A stretch of DNA of 64,000 nucleotides from Myxococcota bacterium (GTDB lineage: Bacteria > Myxococcota_A > SURF-8), in contig CAXXQS010000001.1 of assembly GCA_963674735.2 (NCBI GenBank), positions 1,824,001 through 1,888,000 on the forward strand. Reading direction: 5' to 3'. The notes under the pieces are model-generated. The model was not told the origin of the DNA and did no database searches. It saw only the letters and a program-made list of their open reading frames with translations. Every line of letters starts with the position of its first letter. The stretch's first letter is position 1. The position numbers were made by a program, and so were the translations under genes. This document shows, one piece after another, positions 47,001 to 53,791 of this stretch.

Positions 47001-49562
47001 AACCAGCGCGGACGTATCAATGAATTTGCCGGCAACTCAAATGAGGCTCTTGCCAACTACGAAACCGCCTATCACATCTATACGGACGCAAAGAATTCCA
47101 AAGGCCGTATCGAACAGGCGACGAATGCCGCTCGGGTGCTGCGCCTGCGTTTGTCGGATTACCGCCGCGCCAAACAATATCTCACCACCGCTCTCAGTTT
47201 GTCGGCCAACGCCGCCCCTCTCAACCGTCTACGCCTGGAACTGGAGCTGGCACGCGTCGAGCAGGCTCAAGGCAATTACCAGACGACCGTCGACCTGACC
47301 CGCAAGCTGGTAAGCGCCACAGAATCGATGAGCGCTCAATTCATGCAACAAGCACGCGGCGTCGCGAAGAATGCCAAACTGAAACCCGATGCCAAACGCG
47401 ATCAACTGATATCACTGAAAAGCCAAATGGATCTGGCAGACAATTTGCGGATCCAAGCTTACCTCGATTGGGTCAACACCCTCTGGCTGCAGGGCGATTA
47501 CGCTCAGGCGTTGTCTTTGCAAAAAGAAGGCTCCGATCTGGCAATCAAAAAGAAAAACCGCCGTTTCCTCATCATGTTCAACAATGTAAAAGGGCTCATC
47601 TACGCCGACCTGGGGAACACCGAGGAAGCCGTTGAAAGTTTGAATGTGTCGCTGGCCATCGCCCGCGAACTCGGCGATCGCGGTGAGCAGGCCAACACAT
47701 ACAACAACCTCGGATCGGCTTACCGCAAGGCAGGCCGTTTTTCCGAAGCTCGCAAGGCGTTTATGGAAGCTATGCGCATCGACCGCAGCATGGCCTTCAA
47801 ACTGGGACTGGCTTACGATTACGCCAACCTCGGCCTCGTACTGGAAAACTTGCAGAAGTTTTCCGAAGCCATCGACAACTTGGAACGCGCCATCGCGATT
47901 TCACGCGAGATCGACAATCCCTTTAATGAAGTGAAATCACTTTTAGCGTTAGGCCGTATTTTCATTGCACGAAAAAAACCGGCGAAAGCAAAGACCTTTC
48001 TTGAAGAGGGCTTGAAAATATCGGAAAAATTGAGTTTGGCCGACTGGGACTGGAAGTTCCATCTCCATTTGGGGCGTCTGGATATGGCTCAAAACGAAAT
48101 CGAATCCGCCCTGGATCACTTCCGTGCAGGTATCGCTACCATCGAACCGCAACCGGCCAGTGTCCGAGCGGCCGCAACCGGCTTGTCGCTTGAAGAAACC
48201 AAGTCCGATCTATACGACGCGGCACTGTCCGCCCTGGCCCGTCTCAACCGTCCGCAGGAAGCATTCCATCTCGCCGAGCGCTACCGTTCCCGCGCCTATC
48301 TCGATCTGGTCGGTGCCGCGAGACCCACATTCGCCAAGGCCGGTGCAGCCGAGTTGCTTTCGCAAGAAATGAATCTGCGGAACGAACTCCGTTCAGCTAC
48401 CAGCGCTCTGCACAAAGCACCCGAATCCGAGAGAGATCGTGCAAAAGCCGACTTGGACACCATGCGCAGCCGCTACGATCAGGTGCTGGTCGATTTGGCG
48501 GCTATCGACCCGGAATTACCCAGCTATGTAACGGTCGACGCCCTTCCCTACTCGCAATTGGCGACCAAGCTCCCTGAAAATGCCGCCGTCCTCAGCTATT
48601 ATCAAACCAACGACCAACTCCTGATCTGGGTCGCCACCCGCACGGACCTTCATTTCGCGACCATACCGATTTCTCGGGAAAACATGGAAAAGAAAGTCGG
48701 TCTGTTCCGTGAAGCCATCGCCCACTTCCACGACACGACTCAAAGCGGAAACGACCTCTACCGAGACGTGATCGATCCCATCATCGAGAAAATCCAGGGA
48801 CAAACAAAGCTGGTGATCGTCCCCCATGGATCGTTGCATTTCATTCCCTTCGCCGCACTTGAACACGAAGATAAATTATTGGCCGATCGGTTTTCCATCC
48901 AATATCTGTCCAGCGTCAACCAATTCCGCTACCTGCGGGAGGGTCCGGCGCTGCCGACCCAAGCACAGCCCTCACGACTCGCCATGGGATGGCCCGTGGA
49001 AGACGGATTTAATGAATTGGGACGCTTGCCGTTTACCCGGCACGAACTGGACGCCTATCGCCAAACCTATCCCCGGGCAACCGTCCTAACCGCCGAAAAA
49101 GCGAGCGAAAAAGCCTTTAAAGCCAAGGCCTCCCAGGCGTCCGTTCTCCATTTGGCGACTCACACGGATTACAACATGATGAACCCACTCGACACTGCGT
49201 TAACCCTGACGGCTGGGGACAAAGAAGATGGTCGGTTGACATTGCACGAGATTCTGGCAATGGGACTCAAAGCCGACCTGGTATCCCTTTCAGCCTGCAA
49301 TACGGCCCTTGGACCCATCACTCAGGGGGATGATATCGTCGGCCTCAATCGGGCTTTCCTCAGCGCAGGGGCCAGGCGTGTTCTCTCCAGCTTATGGCGG
49401 GTTTCCGATCTCGAAACGGCCGTCCTGATGAAACGGTTCTTCCGACACCTGAAAACGCTCCCGCCCGCCGAGGCACTCCAGGCCGCCCAGCACGATGTCC
49501 GCAAACGCTACCCCCATCCGGCTTATTGGGCCGGTTTCAAACTGGAGGGTCGTTTGGATTGA
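41010..49562 (+). CDS. Giant lipoprotein: TolB/PD40 propeller, TPR arrays, CHAT (caspase-like) protease
   Basis: Lipobox CISC, repeated PxFSPDG, many TPRs, IVPHGSLHFIPF, LHLATH, VSLSACNT, SSLWRV, HPAYWAGF. Confidence 0.88.
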   Translation: MLNSKYGSVFRPALTTLLLTILCISCSGKGGSWFGPDTVLDDFTLKPFETEMGHPVELTRFTTDEMGGHLSPDGLFLVYTSNQKGNLDIWLKDLTTGIPEQLTEHVAVDTQPTFSPDGESIAFISMRDDVKGDLYLMEIGDDPIALTDRQTADAYPVFHPDGESIILASGPEGKTRIVQLFLDPEDPAKRIRTLTDPGATQPAVSPDGKYLAYILRGKDRINRLVIQRLWDKRKRIVTPSGYHCGFPSFSPDGKNLYFVQFYYAHPDQPLSGSENGVIFSIPLKEALHASGDRLVTQTHQVSSGCHTHLFLQAHPSGLLYTTEENGNLDIWMESFDGRIPEFETPEKQLAFALELENDYDRLLAFERLKRFPDSLEYRQALYKSAQLENRRGWYFKQKHHLQTLLDLPDSSSVWQGLADVDMAVWEAEKTQGLAVETGIRLSPETVRTALEKLEQLAVAEQANEGRVSAYIALRRGDMLRLIDRKLEAMAAYERVLQGFPRQREEGVQAKIRLGEVLSRLETHDLQVGYYLTVFEKYPEFEKWQRQTIENIVDELRRDLKRQPTIENLLNPPEFGENRKRIPEAQRQEQIAKGKFLLEEHLVDRLRQVIDSNPDKALLGAVLQLRVGEIYAKHQRLDLAIRAMKRLLDHYPDQLAEVTTATFALGRHSLELSKQLRAQKRFTEAGRYYDDALSYFENLTKVLPPNHEMHRRAQQQFIALALLKAAQEEQDGDIELAKASYTRILAFDPNVVQAHRKLIAYGVKEGRYDELEDRYDDLVDADESSFIGHYGLGYLITFREDLSKGDLKKAEKELLYALGLNSQSPYVHMTLGWVYEMRELYLGDFTSGWIEEAIDSYDKAYRLNDRGSDLQTEADLLLNLGNGFSQLGNAWHYAHRFYTDRTELNVAFLSVKREALYYRSFGRAAFNLKRFEEASSHFERSLELARRLYWVDLEAELIARLALNYQQQGDYDTSTAYFEKSLKIFESVNQKNALAALKRSIALNYLMKGERKTAMKMLDESLESLNRHGTRSPGDFIRLALAPDRSLAPRGFDKQREEEVNNSLRNLILEDMQRFSQAADPLQKKLDTLETILEENDGTYPDLQREISTIQNRQARARFGRGESIEALDAFKQAYLQLERIQSTELDPESPQILAADTPEKLDPLLAEASDGQMMYVFSSTDFERQVINAVSAAELVLRQIAEERPALERRIPELVTRLDRMAARLAAAMPEGSEPVIRRDLLWRFYNALGLLSMRYAANIANAPILPGMDAETTFKRMMIEAEHFTKGYHLLRRIIEETPPPETLEDAERPEDGVPSLMRIRSHVQALVNLSEFLAYFEESGNLQNPETRSSQALAQALDICQKYELGEICLNARMIQAERNRDIKEADRIINAYLLLPADLLGDAYKKVSDPARRRIFSGAIELALEADDYVKTWTYAEQENRRLIQDEIFRTRYGAAAPELRKALSDMAAIATSYRQQVEGQSFYEADEARQIRLKNILDLRKAYTTAFSKLHGLSPRFYRLMTIGKIDVNGSKDLLRKGESIVSVLTHRDRVHLLRLDSDGVSGRLLKMRHHVVNRHIDRYLDFANPDADIRNKARTKLQAGLVNELSELIQTQHLLYLDIDRLNPRLPIQSLLHRVGRKNLQIVKFASLMGLHESYENRNLYKNSGLVTLDVVNGYRASAAQTLKATAKATKGWEFAVTPQLTLAQTMPVIEKSGIMFLNQPLVFEGQSPANIWLDFQPVALGMGHYSFVENLDGLWRSNLVVFTDIRHTKRIREERLLLEHFMNAYRVPGFAVLDAELAPTPAMALWFQNAAGLWQNHSRAEAHHLAISKTQFQAPFILGDGIQLYGYAGMNAEQAMTYAKQSLMPTVKRAIDLQKSGSSRAAVELYEQALTFIDHSGEAKFLDKVLDMLISQSAKIQDFERAIRYQNRVLERAQTAFEADPKQIVALLNAKEKLADYHAQAKQYPIALRYNQEILDTLLKASRRSLCAPYYNQRGRINEFAGNSNEALANYETAYHIYTDAKNSKGRIEQATNAARVLRLRLSDYRRAKQYLTTALSLSANAAPLNRLRLELELARVEQAQGNYQTTVDLTRKLVSATESMSAQFMQQARGVAKNAKLKPDAKRDQLISLKSQMDLADNLRIQAYLDWVNTLWLQGDYAQALSLQKEGSDLAIKKKNRRFLIMFNNVKGLIYADLGNTEEAVESLNVSLAIARELGDRGEQANTYNNLGSAYRKAGRFSEARKAFMEAMRIDRSMAFKLGLAYDYANLGLVLENLQKFSEAIDNLERAIAISREIDNPFNEVKSLLALGRIFIARKKPAKAKTFLEEGLKISEKLSLADWDWKFHLHLGRLDMAQNEIESALDHFRAGIATIEPQPASVRAAATGLSLEETKSDLYDAALSALARLNRPQEAFHLAERYRSRAYLDLVGAARPTFAKAGAAELLSQEMNLRNELRSATSALHKAPESERDRAKADLDTMRSRYDQVLVDLAAIDPELPSYVTVDALPYSQLATKLPENAAVLSYYQTNDQLLIWVATRTDLHFATIPISRENMEKKVGLFREAIAHFHDTTQSGNDLYRDVIDPIIEKIQGQTKLVIVPHGSLHFIPFAALEHEDKLLADRFSIQYLSSVNQFRYLREGPALPTQAQPSRLAMGWPVEDGFNELGRLPFTRHELDAYRQTYPRATVLTAEKASEKAFKAKASQASVLHLATHTDYNMMNPLDTALTLTAGDKEDGRLTLHEILAMGLKADLVSLSACNTALGPITQGDDIVGLNRAFLSAGARRVLSSLWRVSDLETAVLMKRFFRHLKTLPPAEALQAAQHDVRKRYPHPAYWAGFKLEGRLD

Positions 49563-49583
49563 TTTTTTCAGAATGGCAGAGGT

Positions 49584-51365
49584 TTAGGATTCGCCGAACT
49601 CGCTCCACCCAAAGCGGCTAACGTATTCGCTCCAGACGCCTTCGCAGCCTTCACGCAGACGGCAAGCTTCGCAAGGTGGACCGTAAGTCTTGTCGCGATC
49701 CACCCGCATTTCCCACAGCAGTCCCGAACGCTGGTCCATGGTTCGGATCGTCGAACGGGTTCCCAAGGCTACGGCGGCATCCTGCATCAGACACGGCGGC
49801 AAGCTATCAACCAGGATGTCCACATCATCCAAACAGCCCTCGGCGCTCAACCGCGCAAAGATTTCCTCCAGGGAAGCCGCCACTTCACTGTAACGGGGCA
49901 CCAGCTGTTGAAAATTCTTCAGGGCATTTCCTTTAGGTTCGATGACCCCCAAACCAATCCAGCTGAAATCGTGCCGAATAAACCAACGAATCAGCGAATC
50001 CAACGTGGGAAGGTTGAGCCGATTGATCACCGCTAAAGCCACGGTTTGGATCGGATAGGCGGTTTTCAGGCGATTCAGGTTGTCGATAGCCTTTTGGACA
50101 TCCCGAAAGCTTCCCTCACGCCGCGTCAAACGGTCATGCATGGCGGCGTCGGGACCATGGATCGAGAGCCGGAATTCACTCACACCGTGCTGAATCAGAC
50201 GTTCGCAGGCGGAATACTCGATCAAGCCCGATCCGTTACTTGTCAACGTGACACGCATCGCTCCATAGCGCTTGGCCAAATCGATGTAATCGATCAGAGC
50301 CGGGCTCGTCGTCGGCTCCCCGTAGGATAGAAAAACCCATTCCGGCCGCCTGGCTGCCAACAGCTTTTCGGCTTCTTTCAGGCTCATCGGCTGCCGTGAA
50401 CCCTGCCCCACTTCGTTGCAGAAAATGCAGTTGTTGTTGCAGTGCGTCCCGATGAGCAAAGCCGTGTCAGTTGTCGTATGACACGAAGATGACTCGCCCT
50501 TCCCTTCCTGCACGACGGGTTCGAGTTCATCCGTCCCGTAACGTTCCACATAACGGGTCCAGAGTCCATCACACAACGAATCCCACCTGCAAAGGGAACA
50601 AACAGATCCTTTTTCTTTCTGATGGTGGGGCTTGAACGGCCGTTTTTTCTGAATATCCGTATACTTATCCGCAAATCGCTCATGCTTTTTCAAAAAGCAT
50701 AAGGGAATCCCGCATACGTCCGGGACATGCATATCGAGCCCCAGTTGCTCGCCCACCAATAACGCTTTCTGCAATTCGTCTTGAATGGAGGAAATACGCG
50801 GAATGACCTTCGGATGATTCCAGGCATCGTGGAACGGATTCACGAAACTGAACACGACTTCCAGCCCCGAACCGAAACGTTCCCGCACAAAGCGGACATA
50901 TTCGACGAGTCGCTTGCGGTTCGCTTGGCAAATCACGCAATTTACGGCAACCGTCACTCCCGCATTCAGCAGGTTTTCAATACCGCGAACCGTCAAATCG
51001 AAACTGCCGGGCGTGCGCGTGATGGCGTCGGACAAACGAGCATTGGGCGCATGCAAGGAAACAAAGACCTGGGTCAACCCCGCTTTGACCAGAGTCTCGA
51101 CAACTCGGGGTTGCGCACAACGCATGGCGTTTGTCTGGAGACTGATCCGCCGCTTCCGGCTGCGGGCAAAGGCCAGAATCTTGAGTAAAACCGGCGACAG
51201 AGTGGGTTCGCCACCGGATATCTCAATGATATCTTCCGGCGCGCTTTCGGCGATCTGTCGAAACAGCTCCCCCTCGTCGAGAACGAAATCCTGCTCGTTT
51301 CTTGGATCGACCCCGCAAAACAGGCAGTGCTGGTTGCATTGTTTGACAATCCGAATCAGGGGCAT
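49584..51365 (-). CDS. Tandem double radical SAM protein (two HxsC-like domains)
   Basis: CNQHCLFC and CNNNCIFC, each followed by GEPT, PxC and CxxC-x5-CxG...Y...G. Confidence 0.85.
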   Translation of the reverse strand: MPLIRIVKQCNQHCLFCGVDPRNEQDFVLDEGELFRQIAESAPEDIIEISGGEPTLSPVLLKILAFARSRKRRISLQTNAMRCAQPRVVETLVKAGLTQVFVSLHAPNARLSDAITRTPGSFDLTVRGIENLLNAGVTVAVNCVICQANRKRLVEYVRFVRERFGSGLEVVFSFVNPFHDAWNHPKVIPRISSIQDELQKALLVGEQLGLDMHVPDVCGIPLCFLKKHERFADKYTDIQKKRPFKPHHQKEKGSVCSLCRWDSLCDGLWTRYVERYGTDELEPVVQEGKGESSSCHTTTDTALLIGTHCNNNCIFCNEVGQGSRQPMSLKEAEKLLAARRPEWVFLSYGEPTTSPALIDYIDLAKRYGAMRVTLTSNGSGLIEYSACERLIQHGVSEFRLSIHGPDAAMHDRLTRREGSFRDVQKAIDNLNRLKTAYPIQTVALAVINRLNLPTLDSLIRWFIRHDFSWIGLGVIEPKGNALKNFQQLVPRYSEVAASLEEIFARLSAEGCLDDVDILVDSLPPCLMQDAAVALGTRSTIRTMDQRSGLLWEMRVDRDKTYGPPCEACRLREGCEGVWSEYVSRFGWSEFGES

Positions 51366-51371
51366 AGGACC

Positions 51372-52436
51372 TCAGCTCTTGAGCGCGGCGAATTCTTCAT
51401 CGCCGTACATTTCGATGTAATTGGTCCACGCGCCTCCGCAGACTCCCCGCCAGGTACATCCTTCACAAGCGGCGACAAAGCTTTTCAACTCGTCCATCTT
51501 CAGATCCTGCCAAACGAAACGCTGCCGGCCGGTGCCGTCGGTCAAATGACTTTCCTGATTCCCGAAAGTCGAAACGAAGGTCCGGCGATCGGTATATTCG
51601 CCGATGTATTGATGGCGGCGCGCCACATCGGCAAAAAAGCTTTCGGGAAAGATGCAATACGGAATTTCGCCGAAGGTGAGACGGATCTTGAATTCGCGCT
51701 CGTTCAAATCCACCAGTTCCATCAACTTCGGCATCGCCTCGCGATAGGTCGACACGATTTCTTCGTTGTTGCGCGCCCGACCTTCGGGACGAATGAAGTT
51801 CAAACGGATGTCGTGAATCCCGAGGTGCTTGAATAAGCGTATGAAACGGTCCATCGTGGGCAGGTTCAAGCGGTTGAGAACCGCATTGAGCGAAATAACC
51901 GCATCCACCACCCCCTCTTTTCGCAGATGGGTGATGTTTCGGATGGCCTGCATTTTCCGAATCAAGGCTCCTTTGTGGTTGCACAAGTAGTCCTCGATTG
52001 CCGGATCTTCCGAATGAAGCGAAATACAGTAGCGATTGATGCCCTTCTGGGCGGCCATTCGCGCAAATTCCATATCGGCCAGGCGGAAACCATTGGTATT
52101 GATCGTGATTTCGCGATAGCCCAGGTCCTGTGCCATCCCCAGAGCCTCTTCGATCCAAGGATACAAAGTCGGCTCTCCGCCCAATAAACCAAGCTGCGTC
52201 ACACCCTTTTCCTTGGCGTAAAACGTCAGTTCTTTCTTTAGTTTATCGAGCTTGACCCACCGTTTCTGATCGATACCCGATTCCCCCTGCATGCAGAACA
52301 GACAGCGGTGATTGCAGGCATGACCGAGATTGATGTCGACTCGCTGGCCTTCACCTTTCCGTGACGCTTCAGGTGCATCGATACCTTCTCGACTAGGTGC
52401 CACTTTTACAACTACTCCTTCAGGCTTTGCTCTCAT
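51372..52436 (-). CDS. Radical SAM protein, HxsC-like
   Basis: CNHRCLFC, GGEPT, IPYC, CEGCTWRGVCGG...YIEMYG. Confidence 0.85.
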   Translation of the reverse strand: MRAKPEGVVVKVAPSREGIDAPEASRKGEGQRVDINLGHACNHRCLFCMQGESGIDQKRWVKLDKLKKELTFYAKEKGVTQLGLLGGEPTLYPWIEEALGMAQDLGYREITINTNGFRLADMEFARMAAQKGINRYCISLHSEDPAIEDYLCNHKGALIRKMQAIRNITHLRKEGVVDAVISLNAVLNRLNLPTMDRFIRLFKHLGIHDIRLNFIRPEGRARNNEEIVSTYREAMPKLMELVDLNEREFKIRLTFGEIPYCIFPESFFADVARRHQYIGEYTDRRTFVSTFGNQESHLTDGTGRQRFVWQDLKMDELKSFVAACEGCTWRGVCGGAWTNYIEMYGDEEFAALKS

Positions 52437-53487
52437 CCATGAAACGAGCTTCCCTCAACCGATCCGGGTGATCGATCCGAGAACCTGCTACCGGTCTGAA
52501 TTCGGCAAATCCACGTCGCCGGACATATTCTTCATGAACGCCTTCGCAAACCGGCTCATAGCGGCAATCCATGCAACCGGGGTGTTTGACTTTATGATGC
52601 CCCTTGGTAACCCAGGTCGCCTGCAAACCAGTGGCGTTATCGGGATTGTCGGATTTCCGTTGCACACGCCGATCCACACTTCCCTCTTCCCAATACAACT
52701 CATCAACATGGGCCTCGTATCCCTGCATCCGACACAGCGGAATATGCCCGACTGTCCAGGGGATCCCGGTTTCCCGCGCGAGATCGAGCGCCACCCTCAA
52801 CGGACCATCCAAAGCTTCGAATGTCGGGACCAGTTGGTCGAATCGTTCACGTCCACCCCCGATGGGGCGCACGAAGGCCCAATATACCCGGCGCGGCTTC
52901 CAACTTGCTTGGAACTCTGCAAGCTGTGGAAGTTCCTTTAGGTTCATCGTCGAGATGACGGAGGTCAAGCTAAATGGAATTGCCAATTCCTGCAGATTCG
53001 CGAGAGCTTTCCGTAGTTGGGTAAAAGCTCCCTGTACCTGAACGGTGCCGTCATGAATCGCGGCCGTTGGACCATGCAGCGAAAGGACGAGGTGGGTTAG
53101 ACCGGCTTTCGATAAAGCCTCGGCATACGTTCGATTCGCCAGCATGCGGCCGTTGGTTGTTAAAAGAACAGGATCGAAACCTGTGCAATTAGCCCAATGC
53201 ACCAAGTCGATGAAATCCCGGCGGATGGTGGGTTCTCCACCGAGAAAAGTGAGATGGCGGGCGCCCGCTTGATACAAGTCCGTGATCTGACGTTTCAGTG
53301 CTTCCGTCTGATCCATCCCGGCTGTCTTCAGGTCGCTCCGATGCTCCTGCTCCGAACAGAAAAGACAACGATTGTTGCAGGCATAGCCCAGGTTGATCTC
53401 GGCACGCCTGGACGAAGCAGGCTTGCGAGGCACCGATGACGGCGTCCCAGTCGTCGATCGACCGTCTTTGTACTGTTCAGTGGCCAA
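52420..53487 (-). CDS. Radical SAM protein, HxsC-like
   Basis: CNNRCLFC, GGEPT, IPLC, CMDCRYEPVCEG; probable TTG start with GGGAG RBS. Confidence 0.85.
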   Translation of the reverse strand: MATEQYKDGRSTTGTPSSVPRKPASSRRAEINLGYACNNRCLFCSEQEHRSDLKTAGMDQTEALKRQITDLYQAGARHLTFLGGEPTIRRDFIDLVHWANCTGFDPVLLTTNGRMLANRTYAEALSKAGLTHLVLSLHGPTAAIHDGTVQVQGAFTQLRKALANLQELAIPFSLTSVISTMNLKELPQLAEFQASWKPRRVYWAFVRPIGGGRERFDQLVPTFEALDGPLRVALDLARETGIPWTVGHIPLCRMQGYEAHVDELYWEEGSVDRRVQRKSDNPDNATGLQATWVTKGHHKVKHPGCMDCRYEPVCEGVHEEYVRRRGFAEFRPVAGSRIDHPDRLREARFMDESKA

Positions 53488-53581
53488 GCGATGTAAACTC
53501 CCAATAAACCTAGACCATTTACGATGATCATGACGCTGGCCATGCAAAATGTCAAGGAAGCAGCGCAATTCCTCAGGGCGC

Positions 53582-53610
53582 TTGCAATCTTCCCATTGTC
53601 ATGCTATATA
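53582..53610 (+). promoter_or_regulatory. Putative sigma-70 promoter of the KamA-family gene
   Basis: TTGCAA-17 nt-TATATA with an extended TG. Confidence 0.5.
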
Positions 53611-53791
53611 AAGATATTGATACGGTCCTCACGGGGGTGTTGGAGGCGCGCCGTCGCTTCTTAGCTCCATTTTGTGCGCGGGTTTTTGCCTCGCCTTCAT
53701 CATCCGCTGCTGCATTTTAGGCGCCACACAATTTGATGTCGTCCGACTTATTGCAATAAGTACCGGCCAGGCAGAATTACGGAGGCATGTC

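Noticed and set aside
41010-49562. TPR-CHAT as part of a type III-E CRISPR (Craspase) system
   Set aside because: No cas genes or array in the window, and the protein carries a lipoprotein export signal.
53629-53715. Short minus-strand ORF (MQQRMMKARQ...PPTPP) upstream of the radical SAM operon as precursor
   Set aside because: No clear RBS and no His-Xaa-Ser, Cys or aromatic core motif; it lies antisense to the kamA leader.
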